This document shows, one piece after another, positions 51,281-64,000 of a stretch of 64,000 nucleotides of DNA. The stretch is taken from the NCBI GenBank assembly GCA_002633005.1, contig NMRA01000447.1, positions 91,772-155,771 of the forward strand, read 5' to 3'. Numbering within the stretch: the stretch's first letter is position 1; the number at the start of each line of letters is the position of its first letter. The position numbers and the translations under genes were made by a program. The notes under the pieces were generated by a model. The model did no database searches. It had not been told where the DNA came from and saw only the letters and a program-made list of their open reading frames with translations. Source of the DNA: Phoronis australis. Taxonomy: Eukaryota > Animalia > Phoronida.

Positions 51281-51660
51281 TCAGTTTTTGTTTAAATCCA
51301 TTCACGTCTAATCTCAACATTATCAAAAGGGCCTTTTCACGAAGTCAAACATGCCCCCTATGTCACCCGCTGAGACGAAGAAGTATCATCTGGTACAACC
51401 AAGTGGAGATAAGAATCACCGCGGTCCCACGTGATCCGTCCCACTGTTCGCTGAAAGACTGCCATTAACTTATGTCTATAGTCTTATCATAAATATGCAA
51501 ATAAGTAACCAGTGGTAAGCAGAAGAACCATGTGCGCCCTTATACTACAGTCGCCTCTCAAGTGAAAGCAAGCGTGATCACTAGTGACGTGCTTCTCCGG
51601 TATAATACACCGTCTTACGTCATCCATACAGTACATGTACACGTTGTTTCGCATTCGTCC
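51200..51660. promoter_or_regulatory. Probable promoter of copy A with E-box, octamer and CRE-like motifs
   Basis: TCACGTG at 51235-51241 (conserved in B at 63683, with a second at 63651), CACGTG ~51428, ATGCAAAT ~51495, TGACGT ~51585, TTACGTCA ~51615; locally CpG-richer. Confidence 0.45.
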
Positions 51661-54600
51661 TCCATTAGCATTATGATGCTAGGAACAACTTGAAAAGGAA
51701 TCCATTTTGATCAGATTTTTTACTATACTAAACAACTACCCGGTTTGTAAGGGAATATTAAAATATCTTTCATTTCTGCCGATTCTGTATATTTCTGAGA
51801 TAACTGTTTATTCCATTTTTGCCCAATAGTCAATATCAACCTGTTTTTGTTTGGCTTACCTACATTCGATATGAAAATAGTTGCATTGTTCTGCTGGAGT
51901 GACGTTGTGAACAGTGGGGCCCCAACATCAGTTATCATCTGGGTTATGACTCGAGTTATGCCAAGGTCGGTGTCGCTGTGCTTTATAGTATGTTCGCAGT
52001 GTTTTTGTGAATAAACACGTGATTCTTTCGGTTAGTTTTTGGAACAAAGCTTGTATACTTACAAAATATTTTGTGTTTTATTGGAGAAGTTGATTTGTTC
52101 ATATATGTTACAATTACGAATGACGGTTAGTGCAAATATGTTATTAAATGTGCTTGACGTACATGTAGCCCTGTTTATTGTACTTGCAATTTAGCCAGTT
52201 GTAATATCATTTGTCTGGAACTTAGAAGTAGTAATTCTAGAGCACAAGTTCAAGATAGAAACTGGGTTTGAGAAAATATGAAGTAATTTTTTTGTATGAT
52301 CAAAAACTTTCCAGCTTCCCAAAATATTACAGTTTCTACAATGTAAATCCATTTTCTTTTATTGTTCTCAACTATTAGCTATGGAATTGGTTATTTTTGA
52401 ATTAATGAGTACAATACTATTATCTTGGGATCTTATTTCAATATTTTTAGATGGTTAAACGTGCCTCTAGTGCAAATATATGTAGGATCACTGACTCACA
52501 AATTCCGACTGTGTTAGATTGAAAGGGGTACTTTTCCCGAGAATTCTGACCTTGCCAGTTTTGGGAGTTGAATGCATAGGCATTACCATGAATTCCCTCT
52601 AATGCGGTTATGGTCTATATTTGACTAGAAGGTCATACAACTTTAATTTATAATAGCATACATATTATTCTGACAATTTTTTTTTTAAACTTTAGCAGTT
52701 TGGATTTTGCATAAGTCACGAGCGTCGTTAATTATTTTTTTCTTTTATATTTTACGTTGAAACCCCAGATGTTTTGACAGTTTCAATATTAATTGGAATG
52801 GAGATGACTCAAGGTATATATTTGTCTCGTGTTTGTCACTGATGGTTCCATCAGTATGTAATGTTGCAAGTGCATCGAATGACTACTGAGATTACACGTA
52901 GGACAGGTCCTCAACAGTTGGATACATCTGACATTTCAAGAGGGGTCCGCTTCCTTCCAATCCGGGGCACAGAATAGGCGAACCTGCTCTTGCTTCGTTA
53001 TTGCGACGAATTTTTTTCGTAAAAGACCCAGTTGTTTGATTTCTTGGTCTCTGAGAGCCTCCAGTTTCCTGTTCTCATAGGAAAAGAGTTCAGTAGCTGT
53101 CTGGCGACTAAAAAATCTGGCCGAAATCACATGTTCTAGTTTAAAATACACAACAACATTTCACGTGATCTCGCGAAGTCTTGCTTCCTAATGACGTCCT
53201 ATCGTAGGTCATAGTGTTACTATACTCCACCCAGAATTTTTCTTGACATGAAGTTTTTCAGTCATCGTGACCAAATTACATTACATATTGTGACTGGATA
53301 TGAGGAAAGAGACGGATATATTTGAATTTGTGTTGTCAGACTAGATGAAACAGTTTTTAGTCTGCTGCATACTGAGGTATTCCACTATTTTTCAAAATTA
53401 ATTTATCTGTGTTCTTGCGTGAATGGTTATTTTTGAAACTATATGTGTTCTACCCAGCAGTGTGTTTTCTGTGAGTTCAAAAATCAGAAATGCGAATTGG
53501 CACGGAACACACCATAGACAGAGGCATCCAAAAATGATGTCTATGCAACAAAATCCTGGGACACTCTAACGGATAATCCCCTCTCTACGATATCAAACTC
53601 CTGACTAGGTGGCTCATTCAGTTGTAACCAGCTTCTGACTTTTGTCGACCTCATACATGTACTTGACAGTTCAAGGTCCTGTCTCGGATCACATTCACAA
53701 GGCACTAGGTATGAACGATATACATGAAGGAGAACTTCATTCAGTTGTCTTGCGTGCGAAACACGAAGAGATTTTCTTTATGTTTCTCAGACGCTAATCT
53801 CAAGGTGTTCCATCGAATAATTCTTCCTACTGTAAGTAGCCAGGGTGGGGGGGTGGGGNTCCGATGAAATCGTCCAGCCCTAGCCTATCCGATAGGATAA
53901 GATATAATTTATATGGGCAAAAAAGTGTTGTAGCTACTAGTTTTATTGACCACAATCATAAGCAAGTTAATATTAATTTTGAATTTGATTCCGGTGTAAA
54001 GCGCATCACATGATCATAAGATCGTATCCGGCCCGAGTGGTGACTGCGTAGATGATGATTAGAAGAGGCTATTAGTTATTCATCGGTATTGAAAGCACGT
54101 GATCTCTACGTCACCATAGGATAACACTGAAGTCTAGAAGTAAATTTCTATGCCTAGCCCAAGCCATATAGCATTGAGAGAGCTCCCCAAAAGTTTTGCG
54201 GTGTGAATGCCCGAAAACCAGCCAAAAACCAAAACAACAAAAGATGGGTTTTTATTTGCTATTTTGGTGTACTTTCTAGCATAGTATGGACAAAGTGCAA
54301 ACAATTTCAAATTCAGATTTAAAAAGTGATCGTCAAATATCTTGTTCATCAAGTGTCCACTTTGACTGTGGATTGGTGGATTGACATGCATACGTGCACA
54401 CGTGTGGGCGTTTCCGTTCTTTTTCATTCAGTACAGGCCGACGGTAAGTTCACTGACTACTCTGTCGTTTCTCAAAAATCAGACATTTAGGTACCGCGTT
54501 TTCTGCACTGAGAAATCCCCCAATGTTCACATTATTAGGCAAGTCTAGACCTAATTAAAACTTTGATCAATGAAGAAAATCTTCTCTTGTCGATCAATGT

Positions 54601-54667
54601 CAATGGTGCACAACCTCGCAGATTTCATGGGAGCAACAAACTTGATGGAAAAGATTTCCAAGGTGGC

Positions 54668-55525
54668 ACGGAATGTTCACTACTCTGAAGGTTCGCTGCC
54701 TTTGGAAGTTCACTTCTCCAAATGTCCACAATTCCGAAACCAGAACTCTGACAGCTCATTACTCTGATTTTCTACTAATGACTCAGAACTGACATGAATA
54801 AAGTATTGCATTTGTGTCCATTTAGTAACCATTTAAAGGGTGTGCAAGAGTTGAATAGTCCCAAAAATGATTTACATTGTTTACAAAAGAGCTCTATTCC
54901 AATCACTGGCAATCGTGATTCATAAATCGAACTAAAGACTCATTCTCAATGAGGGACAACATCTGGGGCACGGGTCCGAGATGTGGCGACCAACGGCGGT
55001 TTTAAATTTAGGAAGGCTGAATGGCACTTCGTGAAGACTGGCAGGGACAGGGTAGCCTACCAACTACATTTAGTTTCGACCCGGCCTTGCCAGTAGTTCC
55101 AGTGTGTGAGGTTGAAGCGCAGCGACCCTAAACTTTTCTGTCGCGCTGTGAGATGATGCGATCTTGAAATGGGATTGATGAAGATATCGTGGTTGATAAT
55201 TCATCAACATTCCTAATCCATATTCTTTTAAAAATGCAAGCACGTACTCATTTTTCCATATTCGTAATACATGCGGACAATGTCACATTCACATGAAATC
55301 CAAGCAAAGTGATTCATCAGCCGGGTGTTTTGTTGTCGCTGTACATGTACTACTGTGGTTGCATCTAATATCCAAAGTGTCGCTTATTTTTACATGTAAA
55401 AGTATAGCAGTTACACCTGAGTCAGAAATTTTAAACGTTTTCGGAGTAGTGAACCTTCGGAGTGGTGACTCTTCGAAGAAGTGAACCCGTCGGAATAGTG
55501 ATTCTTCGGAATAGTGGGCTGTAAC
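54668..55525. mobile_element. Foldback/Mutator-like non-autonomous element with inverted arrays of ~15-bp subrepeats
   Basis: Left GTTCACTACTCTGAAG-type units (54675-54770) mirror right TTCGGAGTAGTGAACC-type units (55440-55520). Confidence 0.6.
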
Positions 55526-57547
55526 CATTTCCATCGATGAAAGCAACTTTTAACAATAATATAATCAGATGAAAAACTACGTCAAGTCATTCTCCGACTA
55601 AATAATACCGTCCGAGTATGTATCAAGGTGTAATCACTCATTTCAAAAAGCCCGATTTGAAAATTTGGCAGGAGATAACGCGAGAACGTTAGACCTATAT
55701 TGATGGCCGGATCACATTACGTCCGAATTTGAGTCCCGTTTTTTTTGCGAGCAACCATCACGACATCCTTATTTCTGGTATTACATATTCCGTATTATCT
55801 CAGGCTCATAGAGCTGAGAGCCATCGTTGCCATGGATACAGATTTCTCTTCCCCATAATTAAGTTTCAAGCGCCTTACCGAAAACTCGAGTGTCGACGTT
55901 TGCAAAAGGTCCACCTTTCTAGAAATTCGAACCACCCCCCACTTAATGCTGGCTACGGGCCTGGTTGTTGTGATATGTTGTTTTATTACATGAGAATTTT
56001 AGACAACTTTTGATCGACTGGCGTTCTACCGTTATTCTGCTTCTAAACTTCTGTGTACCTTATGATCTTTGCGTCACCTCGGCGCGATGAAATATTGCGT
56101 CACCTATTGGCCAGTTTCTTTTTTCCCCAATTCTTCAATCAACCGATCTTCTTCCACGAGTTAAGTTTACATGTATGTCACAACAAGTTATCGGAACTGA
56201 TTTCATTTCGTTAAAAGTTTTTAGTATTTTAATACCAGCAAACCGAATTTCAGAACAAATTTTCCAAAAGGAGTGTGAATGCGTTGAGTTCTCAAATCGT
56301 GATTCCAAATTCCGTTTTAATGATCGATGAGGAGTTGAAGTACACTTTCTGAGGGCAAGAACGGTGAAATTGGTGACGGTTCAGGTCTTTTGAGTGAATA
56401 ATTCTCGCGGTCTATTTCAAATGCGGCCTATTATAAAGATATTTAAATGAATTAATTAACAACGGCACTCGAAAGTCGAAATAATATCCTTGTCTTTCAT
56501 TTTTGAACATATTTTTAGAGAACCTATTGAATAATCTGAAATTAATTAGTCACCGAGATAACGTGTAGACAATATACATGTAGATTATGTTGAAATTTGC
56601 CCACAGACAAGTTGCACGAGTTTTACCGATAAAATCAAATAACAAAGTCAATATAATATTAGTTACGTTTTATTATTGACATTTTAACAAACAAATGCAG
56701 AAAACAATTGGAAGGTACTTGAAGACGCTTTGTGAGTTTCAGGCTACCGGCGTCTTCTCAGAAAATTTGAAAACTTGTCTGGGTTTTCTGTCCCATCCAC
56801 AGAATTCCTGTTGTAAAGGTCGGGATTCGTGATTTTCGGACTGGTTAGCTGTTTCGAAGGTGCGTGGGTCTGTTTACAACTCCGGGATATCTGTTTTACA
56901 CAGCGGGATTCCAATTTCGTTGGAACACTCCGATTCCGCCGAAAGACAACGAAAACAGCGCTCTTCATTATGTACGTACATGTAAGAACAATACTTTGAA
57001 ACGCATACAATACAACAAAAGTGAAAGTTTTATATAGTACATAGTTTAAAATAATAAATTTTGTGATTGGGCGACCCCAAACTGCGATTCCGGGCCGGGG
57101 NTGGCGGCACTCGCCTCAAGTGAAACCATCATGTGGGTAGCTGCCGGAGAGGTGAAATGGGTGGGGATCGTCGATGTGGGGGAAAGTGGTAGCCACAGTG
57201 ACACTGATGCCACGAACTTACTGGCGACGACCAGGAGCTGAATTCGATACAAGTTTAGTAAAATTTCCACTTGGTCACGGTATTTGACTCATCTCGAAGC
57301 TATTTAAATTTCCTTCACCTAGCATCAGTGATTGCGTGTAGGTAGTTTATTGGGCCATGTACATATTACGAGACTAATTACATGTATGTGGCTTATGGGA
57401 ACCACTATTGAATACTACTTTTGAGTTATACTTTGATACCGTTCAGCATTAAGCAATGTTAAAAAGGCTAGAAATCTTTACATTACAAAACAGCAATTAA
57501 ATACAAAATAGCATAAACCTACAGAAAACGCCATAGGATGTTATAAG

Positions 57548-59084
57548 TTCCTACAGGAAATCCTCCAGGTATTGGACTAATAACTGAATCTATTTATTCC
57601 CTGTAGCAAATTCTTTAGGATGTCCTATTAAAAACCCTTCCGTAAATTTTCGTTAGCGGCTATCCATGTAGTCAACATATAGTTACAAGAAATAAAAGAG
57701 AAAAACAAAGTAACGACAGTTCAATCAGTTGTCACGACTGAGGATTCTAAAAATCAATGAACCGATCATGAACACGGTTCGTAAAAAATCCTTCTCGGGG
57801 TGATCTAAATTAGATTTATGTTGCGCTTACATTTACTGCGATGTAACGCAGATATGGAGCCTGTTCCAACAAAACTGACTTAGCTAAGACAAATCCTAAA
57901 TTTTAGTAAATTTTAAAATAAAAGTTAAATTTGTCTCAAAACCAATTCAAGAAAGAGATCTTAAGTTTGGATTAACTGTGTGATGTAAGTTTTGTCTTAA
58001 ATTTCACTAACTAACAGAGTGTGGAAGTTTCAAAGTTTGGAATTTAAGACAAATCTTAAACTTAAGTCAAAAATGAAGTTAAGTCAGTTTCTTGGAACAG
58101 GCCCATGGACTAACTTTTAAATAGCCAAGAGGATCCTTGCATTGAGTGCGTTTTTACTTTTTCTGGAACGGTTAACGAGTGCCGAATGATTTGGAATAAA
58201 GCACATAGCACAATTATTTATTACTATTTTGTCGCCATCTGGGGTTTCAACTTTCCTATTGTTGCAACAATCTGGCTCAAACAGCAACGTTGTTTGTAAG
58301 TTGCCAAATGAATATTCNTTCCTACAGGAAATCCTCCAGATATTGGACTAATAACTGAATCTATTTATTCCCTGTAGCAAATCCTTTAGGATGTCCTATT
58401 AGAAACCATTCCGTAAATTTTCGTTAGCGGCGCTCCATGTAGTCAACATATAGTTACAAGAAATAAAAGAGAAAAACAAAGTAACGACAATTCAAACAAT
58501 TATCACGACTGAAGATTCCAAAAATCAATGAACCGATCATGAACATGGTTCGTAAAAAATCCTTCTCGGGGTGATCTAAATTAGATTTATGTTGCGCTTA
58601 CATTTACTGCGATGTAACGCAGATATGTAGCCTGTTCCAACAAAACTGACTTAGCTAAGACAAATCCTAAATTTTAGTAAATTTTAAAATTAAAATTAAA
58701 TTTGTCTCAAAACCAATTCAAGAAACAGATCTTAAGTTTGGATTACCTGTGTGATGTAAGTTTTGTCTTAAATTTCACTAACAGAGTGTGGAAGTTTCAA
58801 AGTTTGGAATTTAAGACAAATCTTAAAGTTAAGTAAAAAATGAACTTAAGTCAGTTTCTTGGAACAGGCCCATGGACTAACTTTTAAATAGCCAAGAGGA
58901 TCCTTGCATAGAGTGCGTTTTTACTTTTTCTGGAACGGTTAACGAGTGCCGAATGATTTGTAATAAAGCACATAGCACAATTATATATTACTATTTTGTC
59001 GCCATCTGGGGTTTCAACTTTCCTATTGTTGCAACAATCTGGCTCAAACAGCAACGTTGTTTGTAAGTTGCCAAATGAATATTC
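57548..59084. repeat. ~770-bp direct duplication joined by a single N (probable haplotype overlap)
   Basis: 57548-58317 versus 58319-59084, SNPs and small indels, N at 58318. Confidence 0.88.
57857..58104. mobile_element. PIF/Harbinger-like MITE with 3-bp TSD (second copy at ~58628-58871)
   Basis: G(A/G)GCCTGTTCCAA-AAACTGACTTA TIRs flanked by ATG on both sides. Confidence 0.7.
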
Positions 59085-61688
59085 CAAAACATAAGTTCTG
59101 ATGGCATTGAGCGATTCGGTCTCTATGGTAATTTTGTAAATAATCATAAAAGGCAAATACTGCAAATGGATTTAAAATTTCGCAATGCATTTAGTGCGAG
59201 AATTAAATAGGTTGTGGTCTATGTGATAAATTTCAAGTTTGTTTCAGCTTTAGCTGGAGTTGTCAAAAGACTTGACGCAAATACAATAGAAAAGAAGCGA
59301 TGTGTTAACGTGCAACAGATTAATTAAGTTTCAGAACAGGTCTTGACCGCCGAGAAGACAAGATATTGCATGTTCCAGATTAAACGTTGCTGACAATGTT
59401 AAGCATGATACTACATGTATGTTCAATAAATGTTGCGGAGGTGAAATATTGTTTATGGCGCTAGGTAGAGTTAATCGTTGGCCAACTAATAAACACGTGG
59501 TTGGTGCAATAACATTTATTCTGAAGATGACTAAAATTCAAAAGTACATGTAGATGATGAACCTGGGAGATATTGGTCCTAGGATTAACACATCCTACAT
59601 GTAATACCAGTCACAGCAGAAACTAAGACTAACCACACAACCTACATGTACAGATGTCAGGGTTTACTCGGTAGCATAGCATTAGATGAATAGTTCCAAA
59701 CATGTTAGCCCAAAACAAACATTTTATCAGGGTCTCCAAATGTGACGCATTTAAAAAATATCGAGAATTTTACGTTTACGTACAAAAGCAGCAATGAAAA
59801 AATAGTCTTGGCAGAGAGACTAGCCTCCCTTGATTAGATTTGTGAGAAATTACAACGACAACAACGTAGCTAAGATAACATTCTACAACCTCCTACAACA
59901 TTATTATATTACAAATTTTGGCATGTGTCCAAGCTAGTCGAGAGGTATTTTAATTCCATCTCGAATAATATCAAATTAGACTAAATTAAACACCCGGTTA
60001 GTGACATACTAAAAACATAAAAACTATGATCTTAATAAGAATAAAAACTACGATCTTAATAAGAATAAAATCAAAACCTCAAGACTACGTGAACAACCAG
60101 TGGGCTATATCCCAGCTGTTTATCAGTGAACTAAACGTAAATGGCCGTGTTATTGTCTACAAATGCATATTATGTACAGAATGACACTTTTTTTCGTTTG
60201 TTTCGAAAGACCTATCTAAATCTAAATTGTCTAAGAATTTCTACCTTAAAGACTTTTGCAAAAACGAACGGCCAAGTTGGCCAGCAATGGAAAAATTTAG
60301 CATCTAACTGCCAAGCAGATGTTTAAAACAACTTCCCTTCGCAAAAGCTACCGAGTATAACTTGAATCTATAGTAACTAACTAAAGCCACACACAAGAGC
60401 ATAAGAAACATCTACGATCGAAAGGAATTATTTTATCAGAGTTACTGAAATAAAGGAATGTACGAATTGCTGTTAAATAGTTTGCTTAAATCACACATAC
60501 CAAAACTTGTTGTTTCCCACTCACAGAGATGCATAACATCATTGTCCAACTATCATTGCACAATTCATTTTCTGCTTATCTGATCATTTGAGGAACCACA
60601 ACTGATAGGCTGCGACTGGTGGTATGTCGAACAGTGATAAGAATTCTAAATCAGATTACAGCGTAAATATGAAAGTATTAAGTTTACCTGCAATCTTGCT
60701 CATATGAAATGAAGACTAATAAACAACTATTAAACTATCAAACACACATGTTGTAGTGCTGTACTCGGTAGCATAGAGATTGAGTTTGTGGTATTTTTTG
60801 TACACTCACCATTTTTTCCAAGTTCCAGATAATATAAACGAACATTGTGACACATGGCTAAAAAGTACATGTTGGGTATTGGGTTCAACGACCGCTCTCT
60901 AAGATGCAAGTTTGCAACGACAACGAGCTACGTAAGACAACATTTATCAACCCTACACATTACATATAATTCACATATCATAAGCTCTAGTCTAGGTATA
61001 TTACAAACTTTTGACAATACTTTAACCCATCAAAATAAAATACTGCATACCGCCACCACGTGCATCGCTGACCTATATAACATAAATGTGGATGGTGAAA
61101 ATGTGCGACAAACCTAAGGGACTGCTCCATAGTTACAATAAAATCAAAGTCCCCGTCTACGTGAAAAATCGTGCAATATGGACTATATGCCAGCTGATTA
61201 TTCGTACCAATGAACAAAATCTAGCTTTATCGGCGTCTACTTATGCATATGTACAGAATAGCACTTTTGTCGTGTTAGAGATTTGGTCGTCACAAAGTAC
61301 GACACATTTTTATCTAAAACTACCGACTAAGCAAATCTAAATGTTGTCGCGCGGCGTTTGAAACTGCTGAAGTGTTGACAGAGTAGTACAAAATGACCAG
61401 CTCACTAGCGCATGAACTGTTGGCAAAATACTTATCTTCGGAATAGCTACCGAGTACAACATTCATCTACAAGTACGCACCGAACATAACACTGAACTGC
61501 AAAGACAACCATTGCAACAAATTCGTACTTCATTCAAGCCACATAATGGAAAGACACATTCTAAGTAACTAATAAAACACGCAGACTCATCCAAAACTAA
61601 CAAAATTACAATCTGCTATTTTCTGCTATTCAAAAAATTAAAATTCTGGTAAGCCAAAACCATTAAAACACAAAGTAAGTTTTATTTA

Positions 61689-63262
61689 CTAACTATCATA
61701 TGGTGTCGAGTTGTTTGGGTGAGTTCTCTGAGCGGCCATCTTCTGAGGGCGGAGCGTTGTATGGCGGGCGGGGCCAGACAGTCCTGGTATTTCTCTCATG
61801 TTGAAGAGTCGACCCCTGGTGGGACACGATGTTAGGCAGAGACCAACTGAAGTTGTCTGAGGTGTCGTCTCCCAGGTACCAAGATCTTCATTGGTGAGCC
61901 TAGAATTGAGATAGGTTTACCAAGAAATCGGGAGCTTATTGGTTCATATGTAAAAATCGTAGGCCTACAAAGATCTTCAAACATTTCAATACCCACAGAA
62001 GGCATGACTGTAATAGGCCGTAAATCGCAACCAACTTGTGATTACTTTAACGGTTTGCTCTGCGCACGAACCACGAAACTTTTAATGTGAAACGTTGCGT
62101 TTTTGGTACTTTTTCTACTTGCTATAAAAACATTTCAAACCTGGAAAGGTGACATAGTGAGCAAGCTTATGTTTCGAAAATGCCAGCCAGTAGGAGTACC
62201 CGAATGTTTTCCATTTCTATCTGTTAAAGCATTAGTAGAGAATCTTCTAAACATTCGACTATAGCCACAGTTCAACAATTTGCCATTTGATTTCAGCAAC
62301 GGCACCAGAAACATGTAAATTTGATGTTAACAGCGTCTTTTCAAACTTGCATCGTAGGACATGCCCAAAGCGTCAAGTCCACGCATGGACATGTAGAATT
62401 ATCAGCTTCTTTTATGTTCCTTTTAACGAAATTAACTCTAAATGTTCAAAATATCTTTCAGAGTAAATAAAATATGCAAAATATACCAGAAGTGTCTTCA
62501 TGATTCGTAAAATTCGAATGCACTGTGTAATGGTGTGAACACGAGTCTCACCTTCTAACAGCATGAGAAAAGCTGTTAACAATAACACCAAACGGAACGA
62601 ATTGAACGCCAGTAGAGTGCTAAACCTGCAGCGAATGAATTTAACCCCGCCCCCGGCCGCTCTTCAGTCACGCCCACCGGCCACTTGCCGGCTTTGGCTG
62701 GCTGCTTCCCTAAAATGCAAGCGAAATAACTCATGTCGTGAACATGCCCTTTAAATAAGAATCCCTCAGCAGGACCAAGTTTTTGTATTTTGTGACGAAA
62801 ATTCTTCTAATATGTTATTAAATTCATTTATGGAATGTTTAGAACAGACCAGGCAATTAATGGCTTGTGACTGACTGTCGTTGGCGAGACATTGTTGAAC
62901 GGTTAGCCCTTGTGTACATGTACCTAGTTCCAAAGGCGAGGGACTATTGCTTGTGGATGATCAAGTGACAAAATGTTTTGGCTTGATCAATTTTCGGTCT
63001 GACGCATTAAATTTTCGGTCCTGGCGTGCTAAATTGTGGTTGCAAGAGTTAACTTTTGCGCCTGACGTGATAAATTATAGATCCTGACGTCTTTAATTTT
63101 CGGTCCTGGTGTGATAAAGAGTATTCTCGATTTTTTGTGTTGCATGTTCAGCTTTCAATTGTTTTTAAATCGTGCTTAGAGAATGTGTATCCTGGAATTT
63201 TTCCATTATGGCTTTCCGTACCAGTGAGACAGAAATATGGATAGAACCATCAGACTGACCAT
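61689..63262 (-). CDS. Putative orphan small protein, copy B (81 aa): join(63260-63262, 62678-62709, 61689-61899)
   Basis: ATG|gtcagt; cattttag|32 nt|gtgggc; aattctag|. Gives MGSSQPKPASGRLTNEDLGTWETTPQTTSVGLCLTSCPTRGRLF... Synonymous differences from A at TGC-CCT-ACA versus TGT-CCC-ACC. The C-terminus is in a different frame from A. Confidence 0.42.
62985..63120. repeat. Degenerate ~23-bp repeat array inside a copy-B-specific intronic insertion
   Basis: AATTTTCGGTCCTGRCG-type units; absent from the matching intron of copy A. Confidence 0.6.
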
Positions 63263-64000
63263 GTGCCGTTGGAGAAATTCAAAAGATTTCTCAAAATCGA
63301 TCCTTACCTCAGTCATTTAAAGGGCATGTTTATAGTATGGCACACTGCAATTGAAAAAAGCTGGATACATTTCATCCAAAATTCCACTAAAATTTGAAGC
63401 TGCTGAATTAATTTTGGGCGCCCCAGTTTAGTGTCCTGGTCCAAATACAACAAAGAGATGCACGATGTAAGAATAGGTCCCTAGGCTTTGCTAGTCAGTA
63501 ATACGTAATTTCACAGCTCCAGAAAAGCGCAAGAAAACGTCTCACAATTTACTTTTGACTGTAAATTTTAACAAGAGAAAATGCACATCCACTCACCTCC
63601 AGGCTCTCAACCACAATTGACAAGGCTTCCACAGCTAAAACCCAACTCAATCACGTGGTTTCAAACAAACGTGGGTGAGAAATCACGTGGCATCGGACAA
63701 CGAAAAGGTATTTTTGCTGTGCGTGAACGTAGAATCTTGCTTAATCTCAAAATTAAGTGGAAGTGAGTGTTGCGTGAACTTGGAATTGAATATTCTTTTA
63801 CGCAAAAAGGTGAAATTTTTGTTCGGTGAACAGAATTTTTGTAAGTATTGGCCTCGTGATCAACCATTTTCTTTTTTACCGTAACTTGTGTCGCTGAACC
63901 GGAGGAATATGTGAATGACTAAATCGATTATTGTTTGGTGAAATTGATTGCCCGTAGCTGAAAAAGTTAGTTAAAATTGACATTATTTTATTCAAATGTA

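Larger units (their letters stand above)
59400..63720 (-). other. Duplicated spliced transcription unit, copy B
   Basis: Collinear with copy A. Exon-1 donor GAG|gtgagt (exon ends 63597), exon 2 at 63260-63344, minus-strand AATAAA at 59515-59520. Confidence 0.7.

Overview
This is AT-rich animal genomic DNA, probably from a marine invertebrate (inferred from repeat types and gene structure), not a prokaryote. The left 35.5 kb holds a minus-strand RIMS-binding protein gene (RIM-BP / RIMBP2-TSPOAP1 family). I could assemble 24 GT-AG coding exons in consistent phase, about 1,740 codons, with architecture coiled coil - SH3 - 3xFN3 - SH3 - SH3. Its introns carry TIR transposon derivatives, tRNA-derived SINE heads, minisatellites and a long palindrome. 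Three direct duplications, each joined by a single N, look like uncollapsed haplotypes, and two of them fake duplicated RIM-BP exons. The most interesting structure is in the apparently empty right half: two diverged ~4.2 kb copies (~47.1-51.3 kb and ~59.4-63.7 kb) of a spliced, polyadenylated minus-strand gene that the ORF track misses. Both copies conserve splice sites, an exon-terminal ATG, a 32-nt coding exon and two competing donors. These would give either an 81-87 aa orphan protein or a 14-aa peptide/NMD isoform. Blocks of the putative 3' UTR are more conserved than the coding exon. All coordinates and alignments were made by eye.
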